Shown: piece by piece, positions 37,786-47,898 of the stretch
Position numbering within the stretch: the first letter of the stretch is position 1
Layout of the letters: every line of letters starts with the position of its first letter
Assembly: GCA_043801585.1 (NCBI GenBank)
Contig: JAZDLX010000115.1
Location: 32,001 to 96,000, forward strand
Source of the DNA: a bacterium
Lineage (GTDB): Bacteria; Electryoneota; Electryoneia; Electryoneales; Electryoneaceae
Length of the DNA: 64,000 nt
Direction: 5' to 3'
Made by a program: the position numbers and the translations under genes
Notes under the pieces: model-generated
The model's input: the letters and a program-made list of their open reading frames with translations, nothing else
Database searches by the model: none
What the model was told of the DNA's origin: nothing

Positions 37786-38208
37786 ATGACGCGAATCCTC
37801 GCCCTCGATTGGGGAACGGTTCGTGTTGGTGCGGCGCTCTCCGATTATCTCGGAAAGTTTGCATCACCCTACGAAACGTTTCCGGCGAAACCCCAGATTG
37901 AGTTGTTCCGGCGCGTTCGGGAAACCGTCGAGAAGGAAGAGGTCGAGCGCATTATCATCGGGCTGCCCCTGAACATGGATGGAAGTGAGGGGGTGAGCGC
38001 AGGCAATGCAAGGAGGTTCGCGGAACTCATCCGGGGTGAGGTGGGGATTCCCGTTGAAATGGTGGATGAGCGGCTCTCGAGTTTTGAAGCGGAACACCGT
38101 CTTCGTGAGATCGGGCGAAAGCCCAGTCGAGACAAAGGGCGGGTGGATCGTGCTGCAGCAGCGTTGCTGTTGCAGGAGTACCTGGATCGACACGCCAACG
38201 GATCCTGA
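37786..38208 (+). CDS. ruvX: YqgF/RuvX family pre-16S rRNA nuclease
   Basis: ALDWG..RVG.A, GLPLNMDG, DERLSS, VD..AA..LLQ.YL. Confidence 0.94.
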   Translation: MTRILALDWGTVRVGAALSDYLGKFASPYETFPAKPQIELFRRVRETVEKEEVERIIIGLPLNMDGSEGVSAGNARRFAELIRGEVGIPVEMVDERLSSFEAEHRLREIGRKPSRDKGRVDRAAAALLLQEYLDRHANGS

Positions 38209-38229
38209 GATTCGGGTGGCGTTTTTCTT
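38192..38229 (+). terminator. Terminator-like hairpin overlapping ruvX stop
   Basis: ACGCCA..GGATC/GATTC..TGGCGT then TTTTCTT. Confidence 0.5.
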
Positions 38230-38246
38230 ATGCGGAACTCTGAACG

Positions 38247-39293
38247 ATGAGTGACACGGCACCCCGAAACATCGAAGTAGTTCCATCCGACCGTCCCGTG
38301 CGCGTAGCTGTGTTTGGACTGGGGCACGCCGCACAACTGATCCACCTCCCGATTCTCTCGGAGATGGATTCTGTCGAGCTTGTCGGCCTTGCCGACATCG
38401 AGGAATACAAACTGGCTAAAGTATCCGACCGTTACAACGTCCCGGGCTTTGTCGACAGCGAAATTCTTCTTCGGCAGACAAAACCGGACGTTGTCTATGT
38501 ATGCGCACCCACGATCAACCATCTGCCGCTGGCGTTGACAGCCCTTCAGGCCGGTTCGCATGTCATCGTCGAGAAACCGGTTGCGAGAACACTTGATGAA
38601 GCCAAACGGTTGCAGGAAGCAGCTCACTCGGCTGGCAGGCATGTTTTTATCGCGATGAACCAGCGTTTCCGCCAGGATGTCGAAGTCCTCCGCAACTTTC
38701 TCGTTTCCGGTGAACTCGGGGACATCTGGAGAGTCCGCACCGGATGGCTGAAACGGTTTGGCGCGTGGGACAGAAGTTCGTGGCTGGATAAAAAGAACAT
38801 CAGTGGTGGCGGCGTCATGCTCGATCTGGGCATCCAGCTTCTCGACGTGGTTCTCTATCTGCTCGATTATCCGACCTCCACACGAACCGTCGCCTACATG
38901 CATTACCAGAACCTGGGGAAGGAGGTCGAGGATACCCTGACAGCCTCCCTGACCTTCGACAACGGCACCCTCGTTCACCTCGATTGTTCCTGGGGCATCA
39001 TGGCCGAACGGAACACCGCGTACACGTCATTTGAGGGCACGAAGGGTTCCGCCACGCTGAACCCCCTGGTGCTCCACAAGGTGCTTCAGAACGAACTGGT
39101 TACTGTGACTCCAGTCAAATCAGCCGATCCCTTCGATCTCTATCAGGCATCATTCGAATCCCAGGCGCACTATTTTATGGCGGCATTGAAAGGAGAACGC
39201 CCGCCCATATCGACCGCTGACGAGGCGGTCAAGGTGATGGAAGTTGTGGATCGGATTTATGCCAGCGCTTCCACAGGAAAAGAGATCGTCTGA
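38247..39293 (+). CDS. Gfo/Idh/MocA family oxidoreductase
   Basis: GLGHAA Rossmann, VEKP, GGGVMLDLGIQ. Confidence 0.92.
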   Translation: MSDTAPRNIEVVPSDRPVRVAVFGLGHAAQLIHLPILSEMDSVELVGLADIEEYKLAKVSDRYNVPGFVDSEILLRQTKPDVVYVCAPTINHLPLALTALQAGSHVIVEKPVARTLDEAKRLQEAAHSAGRHVFIAMNQRFRQDVEVLRNFLVSGELGDIWRVRTGWLKRFGAWDRSSWLDKKNISGGGVMLDLGIQLLDVVLYLLDYPTSTRTVAYMHYQNLGKEVEDTLTASLTFDNGTLVHLDCSWGIMAERNTAYTSFEGTKGSATLNPLVLHKVLQNELVTVTPVKSADPFDLYQASFESQAHYFMAALKGERPPISTADEAVKVMEVVDRIYASASTGKEIV

Positions 39294-39294
39294 A

Positions 39295-40827
39295 ATGACA
39301 ACCCGCAAATCCCGCCTCCTTTGGGTGATGTTTTCGGGTGCACTGCTGGCCCTGGCGATGCCACCTCTGCCGCTTGGTTTTCTTGCGTGGTTTTCACTGA
39401 TCCCATTGCTGCTCGTCCTTGAATCGAGCGAGAGTTGGGGGGAGGCGTACTTTGCCGGTCTCCTTTTTGGGGCGGTCTTCTTCACCGGCACCATCCACTG
39501 GATCGCATGGAACACCGGCACCGACCTGGTTTTCCGGATTGCTTCGATGCTCGGTACGGTGCTCCTGCTCTCGAGCACGTTCGGATTGTTCACCCTGCTC
39601 CATCGTCGTCTCTACGTTTCCTTCGGGAGACCCGCCCATTTTCTCTTTCCCATCGTATGGGTCGCCTGGGAAGCCTTGTGGCACCACACGGAGTTTGCAT
39701 TTCCCTGGCCGCTTCTCGCTTTGACCCAGGCGAAGTACCTGACCGTGCTCCAGCTTGCATCGGTCGGGGGAACGGCGACGGTGAGCCTGTGGGTGGCCTC
39801 CGTGAACGGTGTCCTCGCCGCTGGACGTTCCAGAAAACTGACTGGCTTAGTGGTTTTTATCATGATTCTCTCGGTGTGGATCGGCGGCAATTTCCGCCTG
39901 ATTCGGTTGGATACGATTGCGTCACAGAAGAAAATCGGCCGAATCGCTCTTGTCCAGGGCAATGTTGAGGCTGCCCTGAAATGGGAACTGGGGCCCGAAT
40001 ACAGTCTCAACGCCTATCTGACTCAGACACGTGATATCGCGCGCCAGCATGTGGACCTGATCGTCTGGCCGGAAACGGCGATGCCCGTCTACGTGCAGCA
40101 GTCCGTCCAGTGGAGACGATATTTTCAGGCCCTGGTGGACAGCCTCGGCGTGCCGTTGATCACTGGCGGGCGCTATACCGAATTCACCACGAAAGGACGC
40201 CAGCCGTACAATCCCGCGTTCCTCATCCGCCCTGGTGGAATGGGAGTCATGGAACGCTATGAAAAAGTGAACCTCGTGCCCTTCGGTGAACGGGTTCCTC
40301 TCCAGAAGCTGATTCCTGCTCTTGGCAACCTGAACCTCGGGCAGGCGGAATTCACACCAGGGAAAGATGCATCCGTATGGACGTTGAATGGATCGCTCGG
40401 ACCGTTCAAGGTGGCGCCGAACATCTGTTTCGAGTCCATCTTTCCCAGGCATCTCGTGAAATCCGTCCAGCTCGGCGCGGAAGTCCAGTTGAATCTTACG
40501 AATGACGGCTGGTACATCGGCACTGCCGGAACACGGCAGCACCTGATGCTTAGCCGGATCAGCGCCGTGGAAACCGGACGCGCCGTCGTGCGTGCTACTA
40601 ACACCGGGATTTCCGCAATCATCTCGCCGTCCGGCCGGTTTCTCATGCTCATGCCGGAGGGAGTCCGGGGCGCGGTTGCGGACGATATTCCCGCTCCAGT
40701 CAACACACCTTTCAACATCTGGGGGTGGAAGATCGGCGACGCGATACTGATCCTGTCGCTGTTACTGGGAGCCTTGGCGGTTGCGGTGGGGTGGAAACGG
40801 CGTGTGCGGGGAGAAACTTCTCCATGA
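39295..40827 (+). CDS. lnt: Apolipoprotein N-acyltransferase
   Basis: Multi-TM, WPET, YEK..LVPFGE, ICFES, TNDGWY, RATNTGIS. Confidence 0.95.
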   Translation: MTTRKSRLLWVMFSGALLALAMPPLPLGFLAWFSLIPLLLVLESSESWGEAYFAGLLFGAVFFTGTIHWIAWNTGTDLVFRIASMLGTVLLLSSTFGLFTLLHRRLYVSFGRPAHFLFPIVWVAWEALWHHTEFAFPWPLLALTQAKYLTVLQLASVGGTATVSLWVASVNGVLAAGRSRKLTGLVVFIMILSVWIGGNFRLIRLDTIASQKKIGRIALVQGNVEAALKWELGPEYSLNAYLTQTRDIARQHVDLIVWPETAMPVYVQQSVQWRRYFQALVDSLGVPLITGGRYTEFTTKGRQPYNPAFLIRPGGMGVMERYEKVNLVPFGERVPLQKLIPALGNLNLGQAEFTPGKDASVWTLNGSLGPFKVAPNICFESIFPRHLVKSVQLGAEVQLNLTNDGWYIGTAGTRQHLMLSRISAVETGRAVVRATNTGISAIISPSGRFLMLMPEGVRGAVADDIPAPVNTPFNIWGWKIGDAILILSLLLGALAVAVGWKRRVRGETSP

Positions 40828-41105
40828 AACAGGTTCTTCTTCTGATGGTTCTTCTGGGGATTGCCGTTCCCGCTGTTGTTGCGGCTCAACCTGCCGTTCA
40901 GGCACTGGATTCGTTGAGCATAACCATTCCGGACAGCGGTGGAGTTGTCGTGGATTCCACCGTTTCTCAGCCCGTTTCCCAGGGGGGAGACGACGTTGAA
41001 ACGACGCGTCAGGATGAGGGATTTTTGCGCTATCTTGTCCCGGTTCTGATTACGGTTGCGACGGGTGTCGCGACCTATCTTCTCTTCACAGTACGGAGTT
41101 CCTGA
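40824..41105 (+). CDS. Small exported/membrane-anchored hypothetical protein
   Basis: Signal peptide, acidic linker, C-terminal TM ending FTVRSS; translationally coupled to lnt and bamD. Confidence 0.7.
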   Translation: MKQVLLLMVLLGIAVPAVVAAQPAVQALDSLSITIPDSGGVVVDSTVSQPVSQGGDDVETTRQDEGFLRYLVPVLITVATGVATYLLFTVRSS

Positions 41106-41908
41106 TGCAACGAAGGGTTCGATTTCTTTCAACCGTAATCGTTCTGGTATCCTTCGTAGCGCTGTTGGTCGCCGGTTGCGGCGGTGCGAGACGATACGAA
41201 GATCTGCCGATGGATGCGTCCTGGGCAAAGATCAAAAACTTCTACGACCGCGGAAAATATCTCGAAGCGATTGACCGGCTTGAAGTTTTTCTGATTAATT
41301 ACTCAGGTTCGGCTCTCGCTGATTCCGCGCAGTATCTCCTTGCGGAAAGCCATTTTAACATCAAGGAGTATATCATTTCCGCAAGTGAGTACGATAAACT
41401 GACCCAGCAATATCCACAAAGCCCACTCGCCGCCGACGCTGAATACAAGCACGGTGTCAGCTACATGCGGCTTGCGCCGAAGTACTCTCTCGAGCAGATC
41501 TACGCCGAGAAGGCCATTGAGACCCTTCAGCTCTTCATTGAGGATTATCCGGATTCACCTCTGGTCAAGGATGCGGAAGCGCAAATTACTGAAGCACGGA
41601 AGAAACTCGCTCACAAGCAATATGCAAATGGCCAATTGTACTACAGGATGGGAGAGTATCCGTCGGCGAGGATTTATTACGACCTTGTCATCGAGAACTA
41701 TTACGACACCAGGTACGCCGAAGATGCACAGTATTACAAAGCGGTTTCGTTCGAAAAGAGCAAGGACTGGCAGAATGCGATACGCGAGTATCAGCTTTTC
41801 CTGCAGAAATTTCCAGAAAGCGAATTGGGAACAAATGCATTGGAAGGGTTGAATCGCGCACGCAACTACCAGATGGAAGAGGAAAAAACGGCGCGGGAGC
41901 GTGGGTGA
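41105..41908 (+). CDS. bamD: Outer membrane assembly lipoprotein BamD
   Basis: Lipobox VAGC, TPR repeats, YPQS/YPDS motifs. Confidence 0.9.
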   Translation: MQRRVRFLSTVIVLVSFVALLVAGCGGARRYEDLPMDASWAKIKNFYDRGKYLEAIDRLEVFLINYSGSALADSAQYLLAESHFNIKEYIISASEYDKLTQQYPQSPLAADAEYKHGVSYMRLAPKYSLEQIYAEKAIETLQLFIEDYPDSPLVKDAEAQITEARKKLAHKQYANGQLYYRMGEYPSARIYYDLVIENYYDTRYAEDAQYYKAVSFEKSKDWQNAIREYQLFLQKFPESELGTNALEGLNRARNYQMEEEKTARERG

Positions 41909-42525
41909 ATCCTGATCCCGAGGACACTCGAAGTGGTTCCGCACATAGGGTCGGCCTTTTCGGGGGCACCTTTGACCCTCCGACCATCGCCCACCTGGTA
42001 GCAGCGGACTGGGTGCGCCAGGCATATCCTCTGGACTGCATCTGGTTCGTTCCGGCAAATCAGAATCCTCTGAAAAACCATCGCGCAACAACCCCTCCGG
42101 AAGTTCGGCTCGAGATGATTTCCACCGCCATTTCCGGAATCACAGCGTTCCGGTTGGAAACCGTCGAGATCGAACGCGGCGGCACCAGCTATACGATTGA
42201 AACGCTCCAGCAGCTCCAGAACCATCATCCCGAAATAGCTTTTCACCTGATTCTCGGCCAAGACGGGTTCCTCCAAATGAAGGATTGGAAAGAAGTTGAG
42301 GCAATTTTCAAACGCGTTCCGGTGATTGTCATGACTCGTCCGGAGGTCGACACATCCAGCGTCCCCAAGCGAATCGTCGACCAGGTTAACATGTTGGAAA
42401 TTCCTGATATGGCAATCTCATCCACCCTTGTCCGGGAACTGGTTGGAAAAGGGTGGGATATCCGCACTCTGGTACCGGCTGGCGTTGCGGATCTGATCGC
42501 TCGCCACGGTCTCTATCGTTCCTGA
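41905..42525 (+). CDS. nadD: Nicotinate-nucleotide adenylyltransferase
   Basis: FGGTFDPPTIAH, SYTIET, ISSTLVR. Confidence 0.94.
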   Translation: MNPDPEDTRSGSAHRVGLFGGTFDPPTIAHLVAADWVRQAYPLDCIWFVPANQNPLKNHRATTPPEVRLEMISTAISGITAFRLETVEIERGGTSYTIETLQQLQNHHPEIAFHLILGQDGFLQMKDWKEVEAIFKRVPVIVMTRPEVDTSSVPKRIVDQVNMLEIPDMAISSTLVRELVGKGWDIRTLVPAGVADLIARHGLYRS

Positions 42526-42566
42526 AGTTTCCCCCACCGCTCCGGGCAATTCCCTCCGCCAAGGCA

Positions 42567-42581
42567 GGGCAGTCTCTGCCG
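42567..42581. promoter_or_regulatory. ftr-like enhancer upstream of flgB
   Basis: GGGCAG-TCT-CTGCCG, matches the palindrome upstream of flgD. Confidence 0.5.
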
Positions 42582-42654
42582 ATAGGGGCCACGCAGGCAC
42601 TCAGAATGTCCCATTTACATCCTGCATTAACAAAGACTAATAGCGCATTGATCC

Positions 42655-42671
42655 TTGGCACGCTGGTTGCT
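42655..42671 (+). promoter_or_regulatory. Sigma54 promoter of flgB operon
   Basis: TTGGCACGCTGGTTGCT, consensus -24/-12. Confidence 0.88.
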
Positions 42672-42705
42672 TTTCATCCGGCGACCACTCTCGCAGGAGA
42701 ATGCC

Positions 42706-43116
42706 ATGTTGCGGCAGATTCTGTACAACAACACCAACATGCCCCTGTACCGCAACGCGTTGGACGCATACACGGCACGTCAGCGCGCGATAGCATCAAA
42801 TATCGCAAACGCTGAGACACCGCAGTACAAGGCGAAACGGGTGTCGTTTGAGAAGCGTTTAAGCCAGGCGATGGGGCGTCCGGACGAACTCCTGAATGCG
42901 ACGAGCGAGAATCACATGCCGTTGAAGTCGGATCCGAGCCAAGTCCGGTCAATGGTTGTCCAGGACGAACCAGCTAAATCATCGAGCGGAGTCAATGAAG
43001 TGGACATGGAACGCGAGATGACGAACCTGGCAACGACACAGCTGCAATTCGAGATGACGGCAAAGAGCGCGAAATGGCTTTTCGACAGGATCAGAGATCT
43101 GGCCAAGTTGCCGTAA
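42706..43116 (+). CDS. flgB: Flagellar basal-body rod protein FlgB
   Basis: RQRAIASNIANAETPQYK, NEVDMEREM; ATG 42706 after AGGAG. Confidence 0.95.
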   Translation: MLRQILYNNTNMPLYRNALDAYTARQRAIASNIANAETPQYKAKRVSFEKRLSQAMGRPDELLNATSENHMPLKSDPSQVRSMVVQDEPAKSSSGVNEVDMEREMTNLATTQLQFEMTAKSAKWLFDRIRDLAKLP

Positions 43117-43126
43117 GGAGGTCGCG

Positions 43127-43627
43127 ATGAAGATCCGCGGGATATTCTCAGCCATCGATATCAGCGCCACTGGGCTCTCGGCCCAGCGCCAGCGGATGGA
43201 TGCAATCGCCGAGAACATTGCAAACGTCAACACGACGCGTACACCCGATGGCGGTCCCTTCAGGCGCCGTATTTCAGTTTTCACAGAACAGCAGGCCGAT
43301 GCGACGACACTCCATTTGCAGAAAGATCCTCCCACACGCATGACCCTCGAAAGTTCCGCCAAGGGACACATGAAACCGTTTGAAACCTACATGAAACAGA
43401 ACCAGTATTCGGGTGTCGCGCGCAAGGAAATCAGGGACAACACAACTCCAGAATACTACTATGATCCGCAGCATCCGGACGCGAACGAGTTCGGATATGT
43501 GGCAAAACCGAAGATCAACATCATCACCGAAATGGTGGATATGATCGCCGCAACACGGAACTATGAGGCGAATGTTTCGGCAATCGAAGCGGCAAAGCAG
43601 ATAGCCAAGAAAGCCATGGAGATCTGA
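43127..43627 (+). CDS. flgC: Flagellar basal-body rod protein FlgC
   Basis: SATGLSAQRQRMD..AENIAN, YDPQHPDA, EMVDMI.A.R.YEAN. Confidence 0.97.
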   Translation: MKIRGIFSAIDISATGLSAQRQRMDAIAENIANVNTTRTPDGGPFRRRISVFTEQQADATTLHLQKDPPTRMTLESSAKGHMKPFETYMKQNQYSGVARKEIRDNTTPEYYYDPQHPDANEFGYVAKPKINIITEMVDMIAATRNYEANVSAIEAAKQIAKKAMEI

Positions 43628-43646
43628 ACCTTGACCGAGGCGACAC

Positions 43647-44036
43647 GTGCAGATTGATCCAAAACTGGAACGGCTGACAGCACTGATCGAACAGAAACGG
43701 GCGCAACAACATTTGGATTCAACGCCTACGGCTGTTGGTCGCTCGGGCAATCCACGTTTCGCCGATGCCTCACGCCGGGTGCAGCTCGCCCGCGAGGGGC
43801 GTTGGACTCCCAACCAAGCACAACATATTCAACAAGATAAAAAGACTGACTTAGCGCGTTTAGCGTCTCTGAGATCGGCAACTCACATGCAGGCTCTCTC
43901 CTCGTCTCGAGCGGCACAGGAGAGTGATCTGTTGACGACGGTCCAGAGCGCGGGACACCTTTACACAGAAGGTACTCCCCGGCCACTTTCGGCCAGTGCG
44001 CCGCACCTCGGACGCAACTTCGATACCTACGCCTGA
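43647..44036 (+). CDS. Hypothetical protein in flagellar operon
   Basis: GAGG RBS + GTG; fills flgC-fliE gap; ends HLGRNFDTYA. Confidence 0.6.
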   Translation: MQIDPKLERLTALIEQKRAQQHLDSTPTAVGRSGNPRFADASRRVQLAREGRWTPNQAQHIQQDKKTDLARLASLRSATHMQALSSSRAAQESDLLTTVQSAGHLYTEGTPRPLSASAPHLGRNFDTYA

Positions 44037-44076
44037 CGATTGGGACCGTTCAGACGGAACCCGTGAGGGAGGAGTA

Positions 44077-44385
44077 ATGGCGGATATATCGAGAGTAGGA
44101 CTCAGGCCCGGACAGTTCCCTGGCGAACTGCCACAGCGCCCTGATCAAACAAAAAAGAGTGAGGGTCCATCTTTCGGCGATACGCTGAAAGGGCTCATCG
44201 GCGATGTTGACAAGATGCAGAAATCCGCCGAGGAGACGACTAAACGGATGCTCACCGGCGAGATTGAGGATGTCCACCAGGTGATGATTGCGATGGAAGA
44301 AGCGCAGACATCATTTCAGTTGATGATGGAAATCCGTAACAAGATCGTCGACGCGTACAAGGAAGTTATGCGGATGCAGGTGTAA
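44077..44385 (+). CDS. fliE: Flagellar hook-basal body protein FliE
   Basis: DVHQVMIA.EEA, EIRNKIVDAYKEVMRMQV. Confidence 0.97.
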   Translation: MADISRVGLRPGQFPGELPQRPDQTKKSEGPSFGDTLKGLIGDVDKMQKSAEETTKRMLTGEIEDVHQVMIAMEEAQTSFQLMMEIRNKIVDAYKEVMRMQV

Positions 44386-44388
44386 GCC

Positions 44389-46005
44389 ATGGCAAATATG
44401 TTCGGAACGATCGGTGAGCGATTCGCCAACGTCTTCGTCAACATGTCCTCCAGCCAGAAGCTGACGATGATCATCGTTGTCGTTGTCGGCCTGGCAGGGA
44501 TCATCGGTGTGGTCCACTGGGCGAGCAGCCCGGACTACGTACCGCTGTTCTCGAATCTACCCCCCGAAGACGCTGGGAAAATCGTTGACTGGCTGACAGA
44601 AAACAACATCCCCTACAGGCTGGAACAGAACGGAGAGCGGATCCTCGTGCCACGGGGAAATCAGTACAACGCCCGTATTCAGCTTGCGGAAGAGGGACTG
44701 CCAAGCCAGCGTTCTACAGGGTATGAGATTTTCGACAAGACCAACCTGGGGATGAGCGAATTTGTTCAGAAGCTGAACTTCCGCCGAGCCCTGGAAGGCG
44801 AACTTTCACGGACCATCGAGACAATCGACCAGGTCAGTGAAGCTCGGGTTCACATCGTGATTCCTGAACCTGCGCTGTTCAGAGAGAAAGAGAAACAGCC
44901 CACAGCCTCTGTCGCCCTGAAACTCTCCAGCAAGCTGAACGACAACCAGGTTTCCGGAATTGCCCACCTGATTGCATCATCCGTGGAAGGACTTGAAACG
45001 TCGAACATCACCATCATCGACACTCGCGGAAACGTTCTCTCGAATTTGACCAACAGTGATCCGTTGATGGCGATGACCACGACCCAGATACAATTGAAAC
45101 AGAACCTCGAGCAGAATCTGACTGATAAGGTCTCCACGATGCTGGACCGCCTGCTCGGAACGGACAAATCGATCGTGCGCGTGTCGGTAGATATGGATTT
45201 CACCAAGAGCGATGTCACCAGCGAAATCTATGATCCGGATCAGACAGCGGTACGGTCGGAAGAAATCGTTGAAAACACCCATCAGCAGCAAGATCAGAAC
45301 CAAGTCAACCCTGTTGATCCCTCTCAACCTCCGCTTGGTCAGAGTGACGTTGCGAACGAATCCAATACGATTACGAACTACGAAGTTTCCAAGACCGTTA
45401 CCAGTACATCGACGCAAGGCGGTACTGTCAAGCGTATCTCCGCATCCGTTGTCGTGGATGGTGTCTACGAACCGGCGACACAAACCGGTGGAGGAGCAGG
45501 AGAGCTGCAATACCGCGACCGCACGACACAGGAACTCGGAGCCATCCAAAACGTCGTTCAGGGGGCGCTTGGCTACGACGAAACCCGTGGAGATCAGCTG
45601 TCCGTGATCACCATGGCGTTCCAGGAGCCTGCGGATGTGATGCCAAAACCGAGTTTCTGGGATTGGCTGCGCAACACCGGCCCGATTGTCCTGCGCAATC
45701 TGCTGTTAGGTGGCGCAGTCATCGGCTTGCTGTTTTATTTGCGCAACCTGTTGCAACGCACCGGCCAGGCAGCACGCGAGTCCTGGGAGCGCCGTCTTGC
45801 CGCGCTTCCATCCGGGCGTGGAGCTTTGCCCGGTGCGATTGGTGGATTGGAGGAACGCCTCGCGTTGCCTGACATCGACAGCGAGCTTCCACCCGAAGTC
45901 GTGGAAGCGAACCAGCTTCAGGAACAGATCATCGACTTCGCAACGGAAAAACCCGAAGTGGCCGCACGTCTGCTGAAGTCGTGGCTGGTCGAAACGCCGA
46001 GCTAA
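44389..46005 (+). CDS. fliF: Flagellar M-ring protein FliF
   Basis: GYEIFDK, RALEGELSRTI, ARVHIVIP, TNYEVSK, RGDQ; two TMs. Confidence 0.97.
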   Translation: MANMFGTIGERFANVFVNMSSSQKLTMIIVVVVGLAGIIGVVHWASSPDYVPLFSNLPPEDAGKIVDWLTENNIPYRLEQNGERILVPRGNQYNARIQLAEEGLPSQRSTGYEIFDKTNLGMSEFVQKLNFRRALEGELSRTIETIDQVSEARVHIVIPEPALFREKEKQPTASVALKLSSKLNDNQVSGIAHLIASSVEGLETSNITIIDTRGNVLSNLTNSDPLMAMTTTQIQLKQNLEQNLTDKVSTMLDRLLGTDKSIVRVSVDMDFTKSDVTSEIYDPDQTAVRSEEIVENTHQQQDQNQVNPVDPSQPPLGQSDVANESNTITNYEVSKTVTSTSTQGGTVKRISASVVVDGVYEPATQTGGGAGELQYRDRTTQELGAIQNVVQGALGYDETRGDQLSVITMAFQEPADVMPKPSFWDWLRNTGPIVLRNLLLGGAVIGLLFYLRNLLQRTGQAARESWERRLAALPSGRGALPGAIGGLEERLALPDIDSELPPEVVEANQLQEQIIDFATEKPEVAARLLKSWLVETPS

Positions 46006-46015
46006 GGAGCTGACA

Positions 46016-47032
46016 GTGAATAGAGCGAAATCGTCAGTGGAAAAGATGCCGGGGATGAAAAAAGCAGCGGTCTTCATGGTCGCCCTCGGCACACAGGCTT
46101 CGGCGGAAATCTACAAGTTTCTGACTGAAGCTGAAGTAGAGCGCCTGACGCGAGAAATCGCACGCCTGGAAGGTGTGCCGAGCAGCGTGCTGCACGAGGT
46201 GAATCAGGAATTTCACCAGATGATCCTTGCCCAGCACTACATCGCGGCTGGCGGCCTCAATTATGCTCAGGAAGTCCTCGAAGCGGCGTTGGGCGAAGCG
46301 AAGGCGATGGAAATCATCAAGCGTGTTCAGCGTGCGCTGCAGGTCAAGGGATTCAACGTTCTGCAGAACGTGGACACGAATCAGCTTCTCGCGTTCCTCC
46401 AGAAAGAGCATCCGCAGACCATCGCCCTCGTGCTGACCCAGTTGAATCCGGTGCAGGCGGCAAACGTGCTGACGGATCTCAGCCCTCAGTTGCAGGTGGA
46501 CGTGATGTACCGCCTTGCGCAAATGGAGCGTGTCAGCCCCGAGACGATCAGCGCCGTCGAGCGGGTTCTCGAATCCCGCATCGACTTCACCAGCGGTGCG
46601 AGCAAGCTGGGCGGCATCCAGACCGCCGCGGACATCCTGAACCTGGTCGGACAGCGGTTTGAGAAAAACATTCTCGCCGGCATCGCGAAAGAAAATCCGG
46701 ACCTTGCCGCCGAGATCAAGAACCTCATGTTCGTGTTCGAGGATGTTATCAACCTCGACGACCGTTCGATCCAGAAAGTGCTTCGCGAAGTGGACAACAA
46801 GGAACTCGCCATGGCGCTTAAAGCGTCCAGCGAGGAGCTCAAGTCGAAGATCCTTGCGAACATGTCCCGCCGCGCCGCGGAGATGGTCGAGGAAGAGCTT
46901 TCGTACATGGGTCCCGTAAGGCTGCGTGAAGTTGAAGAAGTGCAGCAGCGGGTTATCGACGTGATTCGCCGCCTGGAAGATGAAGGTCAGATTGTCATCG
47001 GACACGGCGCCGCAGAGGAGCAGATGGTATAG
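46016..47032 (+). CDS. fliG: Flagellar motor switch protein FliG
   Basis: KAA, EHPQTIAL, MFVFED, NMSRRAA, GPVR. Confidence 0.98.
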   Translation: MNRAKSSVEKMPGMKKAAVFMVALGTQASAEIYKFLTEAEVERLTREIARLEGVPSSVLHEVNQEFHQMILAQHYIAAGGLNYAQEVLEAALGEAKAMEIIKRVQRALQVKGFNVLQNVDTNQLLAFLQKEHPQTIALVLTQLNPVQAANVLTDLSPQLQVDVMYRLAQMERVSPETISAVERVLESRIDFTSGASKLGGIQTAADILNLVGQRFEKNILAGIAKENPDLAAEIKNLMFVFEDVINLDDRSIQKVLREVDNKELAMALKASSEELKSKILANMSRRAAEMVEEELSYMGPVRLREVEEVQQRVIDVIRRLEDEGQIVIGHGAAEEQMV

Positions 47033-47034
47033 CC

Positions 47035-47898
47035 ATGAGCGCCTATTTCAAGCCTGAAGAGAAGGCGCGCGAGCTTGAGAAGAGGACGCGGGATCGGCGG
47101 GAGAAAATGCTGCCACGTGCCCGTGTCATTCGCGGAGGCCTGGACATCGAGGACAATTCCGAGGAAATCCGGAAACTCCTCGAGAGTCTGCAGCCGCGTG
47201 CGGTTGTTCGTGGCCGGGTTAACCTGGACGAATCAGGAGAGAAAGCGGGAGTGGGTCTCAGCTACACTCCCGAGTACTACGGACTTTCCAAGGTGGAAAC
47301 GGTCGAAGAAATGCAGGAACGCCACCGGAGCGAAATCGAGACGCTGCGTTCCGAAATCGAGCGCCGCGAGAAAGAAGCATACGATCGAGGATTCGGAGAA
47401 GGGCGTTCAAAGGGACACGAGGAAGGAGTAGGAGAGGTCAAGGAAGAGTTTGAGAAACACGTTGAATTGCTCCTCTCCATGCTCAAATCGACCGCGGAAC
47501 AGACAAAACACTATTTCGTCGATGTTGAAGAGCGATTGGTTGAATTTGCGATGCACATCGCACGGCGGATCGTCGGCGATTCCGCTGAACACTATCGCGA
47601 AGTCGCTGTCAAACTTGCAGGTGAGGCGATCAAGCAGGCCACGGACCGTACCACAGTGATCCTCCGCTGCAACTCGAACGATGTTCAACAATTGGAAGCG
47701 GCCAAGGGGGATCTGCTGGCAATCAGCGAGGGCATTCGAGAAATCGAGATCATTCCCTCGCCGCGCATTGAGAGCGGCGGGGTGATCCTCGAGACGGCAA
47801 GCGGTTCCATCGATGCCACCATTGGAACGATGCTCAACGAATTGCATCAGGCACTTTTACCGGACCATATGACGAGTGAGGGGGAGGGCAGCGCATGA
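47035..47898 (+). CDS. fliH: Flagellar assembly protein FliH
   Basis: AxxxGxxxGxxxG repeats, GGVILET..GSIDA; position. Confidence 0.9.
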   Translation: MSAYFKPEEKARELEKRTRDRREKMLPRARVIRGGLDIEDNSEEIRKLLESLQPRAVVRGRVNLDESGEKAGVGLSYTPEYYGLSKVETVEEMQERHRSEIETLRSEIERREKEAYDRGFGEGRSKGHEEGVGEVKEEFEKHVELLLSMLKSTAEQTKHYFVDVEERLVEFAMHIARRIVGDSAEHYREVAVKLAGEAIKQATDRTTVILRCNSNDVQQLEAAKGDLLAISEGIREIEIIPSPRIESGGVILETASGSIDATIGTMLNELHQALLPDHMTSEGEGSA

